Shown here: one piece after another, positions 51,971-64,000 of the stretch | Position numbering within the stretch: position 1 is the stretch's first letter | How the letters are laid out: every line of letters starts with the position of its first letter | Assembly (NCBI GenBank): GCA_050084985.1 | Contig: JBITNC010000001.1 | Coordinates: 5,766,001 to 5,830,000, forward strand | Reading direction: 5' to 3' | Origin: Nageia nagi | Taxonomy: Eukaryota; Plantae; Pinophyta | Length of the DNA: 64,000 nt | Made by a program: the position numbers and the translations under genes | The notes under the pieces: model-generated | Database searches by the model: none | Seen by the model: only the letters and a program-made list of their open reading frames with translations | Told to the model about the DNA's origin: nothing

Positions 51971-54900
51971 CCTTGGTTAGCTACAACAACTACATTTATC
52001 AACTATATATCAAGAGGTATGACCATTTTATATGGTCATAATTATATAAAACTTTCTTTATATCCTCCTGCTCAACCTACATTTGAATGCCAAGGTCAAA
52101 TATGAATTGATGAACTAGAGTTTAATGAACCAAAAAGTTTTGTAGTACTTTCTACAATCAATGTTATAGAACATGTGGAAGAATTATATGAAATACATGA
52201 AATTTTTGAACAAAATATAGCTTCAACAATGGTCATAAAGGTTTGCGAGCCATTAGGATCAAATCTTCATGATGACATCTTCAATATACGATAACAAGAA
52301 CAACCAAACTTCTTATCTTTATTTAAATGTCCTCTTAAACATATAATTCAAATAAGGGAGGCATATAGGGTAAGAAAAAATGTATTTCATTCTCTATTTC
52401 CTCATCGTTATTCTTTAAATTATTTAATGCAACTTATATATCAAAGCAAGTTAAGTCACACATAAGTGGAAATAATTGAAGTACTCACATAAAAGACTTT
52501 GAATATCAATAGTTGGTTGACATTCAAAGAAGATGAACAAGCATTCAATGTTTTGAAATCTCACACTTTAGGATTTGCATGGGATTATTTTGACATGAAT
52601 GTAATTCATCCAGATATTTTTACTCATCATATATACATTGATGATTCTAGATCTATTAGACAGCCACCTAGATGGGTAAATCTAGTAGTAAGAAATATTA
52701 TACAACATGAAATTGAAAAACTATTGAAAGTAGGATTCATATATCTTATGTTTCATCTTTAGTAGCTTTCCCCAAAAAAAATGGAAAATGGAGAATATGT
52801 GTGGACTACAGATGTTTGAATAAGCCTACACATAGGGATCATTTTCCTTTGCCATTCATTGACCAAGTCTTGGAAAATCTTGTTGGTAAAAAATAATTCT
52901 CATTTCTTGATGGTTTCAGAGGCTATAATCAAATTCAAATTGCAAAAGAAGATCAAGAGAAGACATCATTTATTTGTTCCTCTAGACATTTTGCTTATCA
53001 AGTTTTACCATTTGGATTATGTAATGCCCTTGCTACTTTTCAAAGAGCTATATTAGTCATCTTTGTTGATCTAACTAATGATTTTGTAGAAGTATATATG
53101 GATGATTTCATGGTGCACGGGAACACTTTTGAAGAAGCATTACATAATCTTGAAAAAGTGTGTGTTAGGTGTGAAACATATAACTTATCATTAAGTTATA
53201 AAAAATATTTAATGCTCATGTAAGAAGGAATTGTCTTAGGACATCATATTTTTATTGAAGGAATTAAAGTAGATCCAAAGAAGGTGAAGATTATCAAATA
53301 ATTTTCGACCGCATAAAATCAAACTGATGTGAAGTTTTCTTGGATGCACTAGTTACTATAGGAGATTCATTTCAAATTTTAGCAAGATCGTAGTCCCATT
53401 ATTCTCATTGCTACATAAAGATAATGAATTTGAGTTAACATATTATGAAAAGACATTTTAGACAATCAAGGAGAAACTCATGATTATCCCTGTATTAAGA
53501 AGTCCAAACTAGAAGTTACCTTTTTACATTCATACTGATGCATCAAATTATGTTATTAGAGCAATACTAGGTTAAAAACATCAGAATAAAATATATTATG
53601 CCATCTATTATATCAACAAGAATTTAGTGGGAGCTAAAAATAATTAAATCACTATAGAAAATGAATTTTAGGAGTAATACATGACATCAATAAATTTAGA
53701 AATTATATTATTGGTTACCAGGTTTTTGTTCACACATATCATGTTGCCATTAGGTATATTATGAATAAACTAGTAGTAAGTGAAAGAATTATAAGGTGGT
53801 TACTTTTATTGCAAGAATCTAATGTGACCATTGTTGATAAACCAGGTAAACCCAATGTTGTAGCTAACTTCTTGTCCAAACTAAGAAAAAATGAAGATGA
53901 TGAACAAATGCAGGATTCTTTTCTTGATGAAAGATTATTTGCAATATTTGTACATGCAACTTGATTTGCAGATATAGTTAATTACTTAGCAAAAGGAAAA
54001 ATTCCAATTCATTTCTCTTTAAAATAAAATAGAAGTTTAATCAGAGAAAGCTAAACATTCAAATGGATAGATGGGATGCTCTTTAAATATGGATCATATT
54101 ATGTTCTTATAAGATGCATCAAAAAGGATGGTGTATTTGATGTTTTAAGAGCTTTTCACAATGAACCATCAAGAGGTCATTATTCAAAGAAGATAACAAT
54201 ATAGAAGGTATTGGGAATTGGATATTATTGGCCTTCATTACATAGAGATGTGCAAAATTATGTACATCAATGTGATCAATGTTAAAGAATGAGAAAATAC
54301 ACATTCACTACACAAATGCTATTACATTTGCAAATTGTTCTTGAACCTTTTAAACAATGGGGAATTGATTTTGTTGGACCTATCAAATCTCCATATCAAG
54401 GTAAAAAGCACATTCTTATTTGTACAAACTATATCACAAAATGGGTAGAGGTCTATGCTCTTGCACAAGCTAAAGAAGAAAAGGTAGTTATTTTTCTATA
54501 TAATAACATTATGATTTTCTTAGTATTAGATCAAGGACCATAGTTTATATCTAATGTGATTAAGAATTTTGTCAATCATTATTAGATTAAGCATAAGAAA
54601 ACTTCTCCATAACATCCCTAAATAAATGGTCAAGTTGAGGTGACTAATATAGAATTGAAAAATATTCTTATAAAAATTGTAGCATCTCATAAGAAAGATT
54701 GGGAAACTAGACTTTTAGAAGCATTTTGGGCATATAATGTCACATGGAAATCAACTACAAAGTTTATACCTTATGAGCTAGTCTATGGAAAAAATCCTTT
54801 GTTACTAATAGAATTTGAGATCTAGACTCTGAGAATAATTATGAAAATTGGGTTAGATCTTAATGAACCCCAACATAAAAAGATGTTATAGCTGAATGAA

Positions 54901-57826
54901 TTGGATGAACACATAATTGAAGCATTGTCAAATATCAAAATTCTTTAGCAAAAAAGGAAACTATGCCATGATAAGCAAATGAAACATGTAAAATTCACTC
55001 CAATAAAGTGGGTCTTATTATTTGATTCCAAGTATTAAACCTTCTTAAAAAATTACAAACTAGATGGTTGGGGCCATATCAAAATTTGCAAGTCTTTGAT
55101 AATGGAACAATTAAACTTTAATTAATTGTGACTCTAGTAGAATCATGTTGGTAAATGGGCATCGAATACAACCTTACACTCTACGCATGAATAAGGAGGA
55201 GTTTACAGAATAAATAAAGAAATAAGAGTTATGTTTGATTGAGGAAGATTTATCTTCCTCATCCAAACAACCTTGATCCATGATAGTTTAGAAGAATAAG
55301 ATTGAGCTTAGAAATAGAATCAATATGGATTTTGAATGGATAATCATAAAGGCAGTCAGATAGATGAAAACTAGAAAATTATCTAGGTGAAAACCTCTAT
55401 GTCTTATATTCATTATCTATTTCTAAAAAAAAGAGAAAAAGAACAAAAAAGAAAAAGAAAAAGATTCATATTCTAAAGATTAGTTGAATATTATAAAGAA
55501 TTTCAATATATATTTATGGTTTTAATGTTTTACCATTACTTTAGAATAAATGTGATCTTTTTGGAATGATTATTCTATAGACAAATGGCCTATAGTTACA
55601 ACTTTAGAATTGTAACTATAGAATCCTTAAAAGCTTAAACTAGCTTCATAATACTTAAAGGCTTGAGAATACTTGAGCACTTCAAGGAAACCTATCAAGA
55701 ATGCCAAAACAAGGACACATCATCTATCTTGGATGAAGAAGTGGGCATCTTGGCAATGATCACTAACCATGTGTCATATCAGTAGCAAATTGTGTCAAAT
55801 CCAACTAACAACACTTGTAAGATACATATTTAATGGTGGAGGTATGTATTTATTTTTAAATTACTAGTTGATTTAAGCCTAAATCAGATCTTAGTAATCT
55901 CACACATGTTTCAAGTCAAAATCATTTAATTATGAGTTAGGATGATCACATGAAAGAGATAAGTGTCCAAATCTAAATGGGAAATAAACATGTTATATGT
56001 TAGCCCCAATTTGACATGAAATCATGCAAGTTGGTGAAAATATGGTGATAGTATGTAATCAATGAACATAGTAGTTTATATCAGCTGAAAAAATTTATCA
56101 ACCTTCATTTGAAAATCACTTTAAAAGAATTGAGAAGGGATAAAAGGGTAGTGAGATTTTTCCAAAAATTCCATATTTTAGAATTCTTTGAAAAGTTTCA
56201 AGGTTCTAATGAGTAGCTGGTTCTATAGTTTGTGGAAAAATTTGAAGAAAATTCTATACAGTTGAGGGATCATACAATACCCATTATTATTGAGATTATT
56301 GCTATAATATTTAGACTCCCTATAATAGGTGATGATTTGATTATGAAATAGCAATATGATGCTTTGCTTGATAGGTTCCATTGGAGAGGAGAACAAAGGG
56401 CCAAGAAATACATCACTACCATTTATGTATAAGGAATTAAGAGGAAAACTCTTCCAAACTAGTGGACAGAGGTGGAATTATGGATTATCAAATTCTTAAC
56501 CTATGAGGGACAACATGGAACAATCATGGGCCATCACTTGAAATTGCTCATTAATTTAAGGTATGGGTCAGAACTCAACTATAACATTTCAAAGTTTCTA
56601 TATCAAAGTTTGCAAAATATGTCTAGATGGGTTAGGGAAATGCAAGGAATAATCTTATGAACTTGAAGCACCATGGTTTAATTACAATGCTCTATAGAGA
56701 ATATTTCTTAGCTCAAGATAATGGAAAAGAATTATGGGTAGGTTTCTTAGGGTATGATCCATATTCTATACCTGAAACCTCAACCATGTAGGAGGAAACT
56801 TTAGGCAGCCCTAGTGAAACCATATTTAGACCAAAAATAAAGGTTTGTCCCACATACACATAAATACCTAAATTTGTAGTGGGATCCATTAGTACTACCT
56901 AGGATGAATTGCCTAAGGACCATTCCAATTCCTTAGAAATTGATGATACTAAGGAGGAAAACACATAATTACCTAAGTCTTCAAACCAACCATACCATAA
57001 GGAGGTTATTTTTAAATACCCTTCAATATCCCACTCAACCCCTATTTACAATGGTGAAAAGAGAAAATTTGAAAGAGGTAAGGAGATAGAGATTAAAAAG
57101 GTATGAATATAAGTCATAGTTTTTCATGAAATTTAAGAGGATATCTACACAGTTAAGGAAGAAGGAAGTGGCTCAAACATCAACACCTCTAATTAAGAGA
57201 CACTGTAGAAAAGAAACTTAAGAAGAGAAGGAATTTGGCTATTTCACAACCTTTGAAACCCCTAAAAAAATGATAAACCTAGATGAAGAGGATAATGAAA
57301 CCAATAATTAGAATGTATAAATGGGATAATTTCCTATACAAGAAGAAGGAAATGATATTCAACAACCTCAAACTAAGGAAGAACCAAACTCTATCCAATT
57401 GACCATATATGTAACTGGGCAATTGCTAAAAGAACTTGAGATACAAGTTCATGAACTCATGCCTAGATTTCATCTTTTGGAAAAGGAAAATGCCAAAATA
57501 AATGCTAAGAAAAATAAATTGGAGATTGAGAATGATAAATTAGTCAAATAATGCATAGAGCTCACCTTAAGCAACTTAGAACTTGAGGAAAAATACAAGG
57601 CAATTGAGGAATTAATAGTTCAAATTCAAAATGTGAAATTGCCTCATCCAGTTGTAGGTGAGGGTGATGCTGTTATTATACAAGTATCAAAGGCACTTAC
57701 AAGAAAATAAAGGGAAGTTAAAAACTTAAAACTTCAAAATACAAAGCTAATAATACAATTGGTCAACATACATGAAAAGCATTCTAAAGAACTCAACATA
57801 CTTAAGAAAGAAGTCAAGGACATGCA

Positions 57827-60800
57827 TTTTTTTTATTAATGGGTAAATTTTGTATTAATAAAAAAGGTGAAGTTTATAAGGATGTTCACCAACCTTTACA
57901 AAAGGATTATCTAAAAATTAGTTTTTTGAGTGCTAGATTGTCCTTGCTAATACAACAAATCTATGAGGATGCTAATATTAAGATTCCATGTAAATTCATT
58001 AGGTTTATCTTTTAATTTACCTTTACCAAAACTACTACATATCCTTATGTAACTAGGAGTATCAAAAATAAGCACCTATTAAACTAAAACCAAGACATAG
58101 AAAAAGCTATCTATAACCTACAATAAAAACTAAACCATTTCTTCATAGCTGAACTTGTAGAATCTAATGTAGGTATTCTTGAGAAGGATTTCTTTGATAC
58201 CTAGATGCTTCCCAACATCTTCATACTTCTCACTTTTTGCTCCTCTTTTGAGTCTGGCCTCTTTTAGCATCTCCTTGTGTAGTTTAGGGCTCATTACTTT
58301 CTTGAAGCCTACTAAGGTCTCTTTACTTATTTTTTTAAGGTGTCTAGCCCTATTTCTTTGTATGATTTACTTTTTGTTCGATCAATAACTTGGTCAGGAT
58401 GATATTTAGTCTTCTTCTTTTCTTGGGTCATTACAAGATCTTATTTCCTACCCTTGAAAGACTTATCTATCTTTCTTATCTTAAATCGAATAAGGGGGTT
58501 TTTCTCTTCCAATTTTACTACTTGGAATCTTGGTAACCCTACTACATTATGCTTTGAAGTCACTTCCTCTTATATGGCATTCATAGGTGTTGGAGAGGAT
58601 AGGTCTCTTAGTCTATATGACCACTTAGTTGGGTTTTTTGTGCTCTCACTTCTAACTAGGTTGGCTTCCAGATACACTTGTGGACTATTTATCTAAGTTT
58701 GCTATTTTGGACCTACTAGCTTAGACCCCCCATCACTAAAACTACTACATTCTTGTATATTCATACATAATAAATTCTTTATTAAAGCCTCGGTGTACTT
58801 TACTTGCAATCATGGGTTCATTTTAAGATCCCCGGGAGTTTTTCTGGAGCAAACAAAACAGGCCGGAGTCCGGAAGTAAAGAATTCCAGAAATGTGAAGA
58901 TGATGTCACAGAGGATAAGATAGTCGCATTTTGGCAAAGATCGGGTTCCGGAGATGATGATGTCAGCAAGGGATGATTAAAATACCGGAGTCAGTGGATA
59001 AAGCGTTCCGGAATGAGATGATAAAAGCTCAGTTGTGGAAAGGCCCGGGTTCTGGAGAAAGCGAGTAAAACATTTTCGGAAGGGGAAGATGACATCACGG
59101 GGAGAACAACATTCACATTTTTGAATGAAACTGGGTTCCAGAGATGATGAGGTCAGTAAGGAGCTATCAAATAGTCGGAGCCAGTGAGCAAAATATTCTG
59201 GAGGTAAGAGATGACGTTAGCGATTCCGGGCCTTAACCCAAAATCGGAGCCCAGAAGTGATGAGGTTAGCAAGAGATAATCAAAGAAGCTGGAGCCGATA
59301 ACTTAAGTGTTCTGGAAGTAAAGCATTCCAGATAAAATGATGACATCACAGCGGAAAGGATAAAGCTCAGTTTTGATAAAGAATGGGTTCCGGAGATGAT
59401 GAGGTCAACAAGAGATAATCAAAGAAGCCGAGCCAGTTAAGTAAAGAATTCCAGAAATGTGAAGATGATGTCACGGATCTTAGGTCTTAACCCAAAACCG
59501 AATCTCAGAAGCGATGAGGGCAGCAAAAAAGTGATCAAATAGCCGAAGCCAGTGAGTAAAACATTCCGAAATGTAGAGACGAAGCTAGCAAAAGGTCAGA
59601 TCACAATTGTCAAGAATCATATCATCTGTAATCTTGCCCGTTTTTGTAATATTCTGCCAGGTGGCGTATGTAGGTAGTATCAGTTAAAAGAAGACTAGAA
59701 TCTTGAAGCCATTTTGTAACCGTTTCTATTCTGCACTTCTTGTAACTGTTGTTACTACAGTATAAATATATGAAAATAAAATGAGAAAAAGGTCGGAAGC
59801 CTAGTATTGCTCTTTACATTTGTTCTCGAAGACCTGTAGTTTTTATCAGTAATATGAAACCATCTTGACCTTTCTTATCTAGCGCTCGTAATTGTCATTC
59901 TTAATTTGGTTACATCGTGGCAGCTTGGCTTGTTTCCTGAATGATAATTGCGGGTTGCTAGTATAACTGTGTCTGCTACATGGTAGAGTAAAGCTGGGAA
60001 ACTATTAAAGAGTGAGAGCTTGTACCGTAGCTGCTACACTAGATTCAGGCCAAGGTTTCACACACTGTGAAAGCCCGCGCTGAACTAGTGATCCACCTTT
60101 ACTTTCTCTCTTGTTACCCTAAGCCTTTTTGCTTAAATTCCTTGCACTCTACTCCTTTTATTTCTTTCCTGTTACCCTAACCCTTTTGCTTGAATTCCTT
60201 GCATTTTACTCCTTTTATTTCTTTCCTGTTACCCTAACCCTTTTGCTTGAATTCCTCACACTCTACTCTTTTATTTCCTTTCCTGTTACTTTTTCTACGC
60301 CCAATAGATAAGGAACCGGCCTTCTCCTGTTCATGATTTACTTTGGTTAAGATTGCTCACGGTGCATATTTACACAATCCTAATCAACAATTCTCTATGC
60401 ATCCTCTCTCTACTCTTGATCATCGAAGAGAAACTACTTTACTTTGAGACATAAAGGAGTGCTAGTTGATGTATGGCATCCATAGGATTATCCTAAGGTT
60501 CACTAGTCATTAGGATAGAAATTCTCTCCTCCTCTCTTGGAGGTTCCATGCACTTCATATCCTCTAAAATTGGTGTATGATATTGCACTATTTTTGGCAC
60601 TATTTCTGTTCTGCTTCTTGCTTCTACCAGAACCTTCTCACTTGACATTTCCTTCTCCAAAATAAGTTTTCTCTTAATTATGATACTTCCTCTTGGTTCT
60701 TCCTATTCAAGTAGGCTGGAGATTGTTCTTCCTATCCTACTATTTAGATATTTAACTCTAATTTTTTCTTATCCCTTCCACTTACACATGACTTTCCTTC

Positions 60801-62399
60801 TTTTGGGGGATATAATCTCCTTATCTTTAGTGTTCTTGACACTAAGTCTCCCTCCTCTCATCCCCCATTTAGCTCCAATTTCCATGAGGGTATCATCCAT
60901 CTAAGTATCCTCTTGATATTCACTTTGTGACGAATCTTCACTAATTAATTGGGGGAATTGATATAAGAAGCCTTCTTTTACATCACTTTCTTCTTAATGC
61001 TTTCCATGCTTTTTATCCAATTTCTCATTAGATAGGGACCTTTGCTGGTGGATTTAACCTCCTATTTGTTATTACTAGGTGTTATCCCCTTCTTTGAGTC
61101 TTTTTCTTGAACCTTCTTGCCAGGTTTGTAGACTCTACCATCAATAATGAATTTAACCCTAGGAATTTTCTTAGGGGTCATAGCCAAAGCTCTATCTACC
61201 TCTAATTTGATAACAGCTCCATACAAGGGTAAATGAGCTCTTTCCTTTTTAACCTTATCAATTAATTTTGCTAGAGAATTGAAAATGAAGAAGGGGAAGT
61301 TTACCTTATCCATATATTAAAATATGAAGTGATTCAACTAGAAGAAGTGTGAAGTGAGAAGCATTTTGTATCGCCCTTCCAACCTTACATATTTGATCAA
61401 AACTAAATCCATATCATCCCAAGGGTTGAGGATTGATTCTCGCACCACCCCTATCTGATATTTCTTTATATCTATTGATTTTATTACTTTCATCAAGAAT
61501 TTATCTTTGCCCTTTAGTTTGTTCAATTTTTCTTCTCTTCTAATATGTAGACCTTCATTTGGTAGCATGATAGCCAATGCAATCATAATAGGACTAAACA
61601 CAACGTCCCTTCCTTTAATAATACACTTACCATTCCCCTAAGATTTTGCTACTGCTAGGGAAATCTCATTATCATGCCCTTTGCATACATTAATAAAGTT
61701 CTCTATCTCCCCCTCACAAATAATATTCCACACTAACGGGTTGATCTTTACCTCATTTGGGGAATAAGGCTCTACTCTTACTAGGTCTCCCCCCATCTCT
61801 TCTACTCTAAAAACACTCCTGCTACTCTCCAAAATAGCTTAGCTTGTTAGGAAAACTTGAAAACTGATAACGACACTCTTACCACCCTCAGTAATTATGG
61901 CTATAAGTGTCTCTTGTCACTAGGAGTACTTCTCACTCTTGAATAAAAAGTTGGCCTAGGGTGGCTCATGGGAAAGGTCATTGGGAACTCCAATTGAGGG
62001 TCTTAAGGTAATGCCTAATTCTTCATTGGATCTAACAGGTCAAGGATTTGGCTAATATTCTAGAATACCTCACTTTCCTTCAAAAATTCATGGTTTCTAA
62101 CACCATCTACTAAAATAGGTGCTTCATCTACTATTCTCTACCCAATTTGATATAGTTTGTTCAATAGGAATTTGACACTTTGGCATAGATAAGCATGGTT
62201 TTAGCAGTACAAAGTGGCTCAATTTAATGAATCCTCTACATAGGACTTTGGTGCATTTACACATATAAGTATGGTCTAACAGTACAAATTGAAAAGGTGT
62301 TATTAATCTTGATGATGAGTCACCAATCCTCAGGTCCCCTATGTCATAGGTGGACAAGTTTTAAAACAACACCTCCATGTCTACCCCATCTTCTTCCCT
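57827..62399 (-). mobile_element. Element B: poly(A)-tailed, TSD-flanked, RT-less retroposed element with one decayed ORF (61796 to ~58130), ~2.95 kb without its nested LTR
   Basis: TSD AGTCAAGGACATGCA(TTT) at 57812-57826 and 62400-62414; T8 tract at 57827-57834. ORF reads MGGDLVRVEP..VWNIICEGEIENF..KGHD..LPNEG..NPWDD..KYVRLEG..VNFPFFIFNSL. Confidence 0.9.
58779..60389 (+). mobile_element. Solo LTR (~1.61 kb) inserted in element B
   Basis: Ends ...TAATCAACA and is flanked by ATTCT (58774-58778, 60390-60394); the 5' TG is eroded. U3 repeats at 58850-59590, TATAAATA at 59761 and three 57-bp repeats at 60110-60290. Confidence 0.72.
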
Positions 62400-63444
62400 A
62401 GTCAAGGACATGCATTTAATTAAGAAGGCTATAATAGATCTTTATACCATATTTGAAGAGGTAATACAATTAAAACAATCTTCAATTTTATATAGTATGT
62501 ATTTAAAGGAACAATTCCTTAAATGGCAAGTTAGTAGGATTAAGAAAGGTCTTCCTTACAATATTGATAATGATAAGTTACTTCTTTATGTTTATTATAA
62601 AGTGAGGGGAGAAGAAATGTTTTTGTTGTGTTAATTTTACATGCATAATTTTATTTTGAATGGAAATACAAGGCTTTTCCCTTTTTTGTATATTGGGGAC
62701 ATCCAGTTACATTCCTTTGTATCAATTCTCCAAAATCAAATAAAATGGTACAAGGATAGAGGAGTACAAATAGGAAATTTCTTAGGATACTTTCTTTGTT
62801 CATTAGCAACCCATGTATTCTAGGAAAGTAGAAGTTAGCTTTAGAATAGTTCTTATTAGGAACAACAATGTAGAGAGATATAAAGCTATACTTGAAACTT
62901 GTTTACAATATTGCCAAAATGGTATTAACAAACATTTTGAAAGGGCTTTACAAGCATGTACCATTAGGTGGAATATGTAGATACAAGAGTATAAGGAGAT
63001 GGAAATAATCAATATAAGAAACCTAAAATGTAGCAGAAGAAGAGCTAAAGCATTGATTAGACACATTAGGGATAACCCCTTGAATTGGTGTGGTCAGTAG
63101 TATAGACCTCCTATAATTTTGCATCCAACACTAACATTGGGAGATTTTCATATTCAATATGATTCAAGATTTAGAGCATGGATGTTAGAGATCAAAACTA
63201 CTAAAGGGCTATGGTATCCAAATGATAAACTTGATTGGTTTGCTCATAATGTTAAACTTCTTGCAATAACATATGAGATAGTACAACCCTATGATTTGAA
63301 TCACCTGATGAAATTTTCCAATGACCCAAACAATATAGTACAGTACAATAAAAATAAGGAGGAATATGAAGATGAGTAAGTGGTCCAAGAATAGATAAAT
63401 TTTTGATTTTTTGAGGAGGAGGAATATTCTAAGTTAAAGAGAAA

Positions 63445-64000
63445 TGATGAGGCAAGAAATGAGATCCCTTTTGGTAAAAATTTATGAATGTATTTTGTTG
63501 CTTGGAACACTATGAAACACTATTATTATGTTTTAACGTATCTGAGTGTTATATTTAGAAGTAAATACATATATTTTTTTTCTTTATCTCCATTTATTAG
63601 ATGTTGTTAATGATTATTATTATATTTGAATGTTGAATATTCATATTTTGCATCAAGTAATAATAATGTGGTTTAAGTAAGAAATAACTTTAGAATTAGT
63701 TCTAGATGGACAACATTCAAAGACAACTTTAGAATGTTTGAGATCTAGAATTAACTAAGAGGATCAACTTTAGAATATGTTTCAAAGGGATAACTTCATA
63801 ATCATTTTAATAGAAAGCTTCAAAAATATAACATGTTGGCATAAAGTGTTTTTTTTTTTGAGGTATCACTTTTTGTAAATACTCCACAACTTTAGCAAAA
63901 GATTGTAATAGGTTTCAGTATGATAATCTAAAAGGATAATCATTGAACTTGAATAAGGGGAAAAATGAGGATGCACAAAGAAATATATGAGGTTGACTAT
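63445..64000 (+). repeat. Athila-like 3' LTR (partial)
   Basis: Diverged direct repeat of 40777-41323, preceded by purine-rich GAGGAGGAGGAA..AAAGAGAAA. Confidence 0.88.

Larger units (their letters stand above)
42850..55270 (+). pseudogene. Athila-like gag-pol remnant, interrupted at 43958-47160 and 48189-51970
   Basis: gag FPNFKGLPSEDLDQFLFEF..LKFFPSNLKDNAMRWF; PR VLIDLG, SGRP|WLAT; RT WRICVDYR, FLDGFRGYNQI, PFGLCNA, YMDD; RH HTDAS; INT WGIDFVGP, TKWVE, DQG, NGQVEVTN, GPY. Confidence 0.92.
56040..63379 (+). pseudogene. Athila 3' extra ('env-like') ORF remnant, split by element B (pieces ~56040-57826 and 62415-~63379)
   Basis: FFEKFQG, IIAIIFRLP..G, WTEVELWIIKFLTYEG..HHLKLL..NISKFLYQSL and HHGLITML, then a coiled-coil region. 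LKKEVKDMH|LIKKAIIDL reads through once B is removed. Confidence 0.75.
40777..64000 (+). mobile_element. Old Athila-like Ty3/gypsy element with nested insertions; its 3' LTR runs off the window
   Basis: 5' LTR 40777-41902 (TGATG...CATCA), decayed PBS TTTTTGCCATCATTGCCAAGGA (Athila consensus TTTTTGGCGCCGTTGCCGGGGA), gag-PR-RT-RH-INT, an extra ORF, a purine-rich tract and a second LTR from 63445. Confidence 0.9.

Noticed and set aside
58890-59530. C/D box snoRNA cluster (RTGATGA motifs)
   Set aside because: No consistently paired CTGA D boxes or terminal stems are present. The motifs are LTR U3 repeats.

Overview
This is repeat-dominated, AT-rich plant nuclear DNA. The TE repertoire, nesting and heavy C>T/G>A decay suggest a large-genome seed plant, probably a gymnosperm (inference). 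There is one intact host gene, the KH-domain ribosome-biogenesis factor PNO1/DIM2 (minus strand, 22597-~24670, 225 aa, with one coding intron and one 5'-UTR intron). The rest is layered TEs: a PPR pseudogene cut by a copia LTR; CACTA, chromovirus and hAT remnants; a very young 9.2-kb Ty1/copia (5921-15083, TSD GCATG); a full-length L1-clade LINE (31474-37349, 18-bp TSD) inside an older decayed LINE; and a >23-kb Athila-like Ty3/gypsy (40777->64000) with four nested insertions. The most notable observation is two independent poly(A)-tailed, long-TSD-flanked elements (26376-28231 and 57827-62399) sitting at TTT/AA sites. They encode no RT or endonuclease, only one ORF homologous to the Athila 3' extra ('env-like') ORF, which makes them a candidate family of protein-coding, LINE-mobilised non-autonomous retroelements. 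Second, the young copia has a 3'-UTR array of nine hairpins with compensatory base changes, located between two PPTs.
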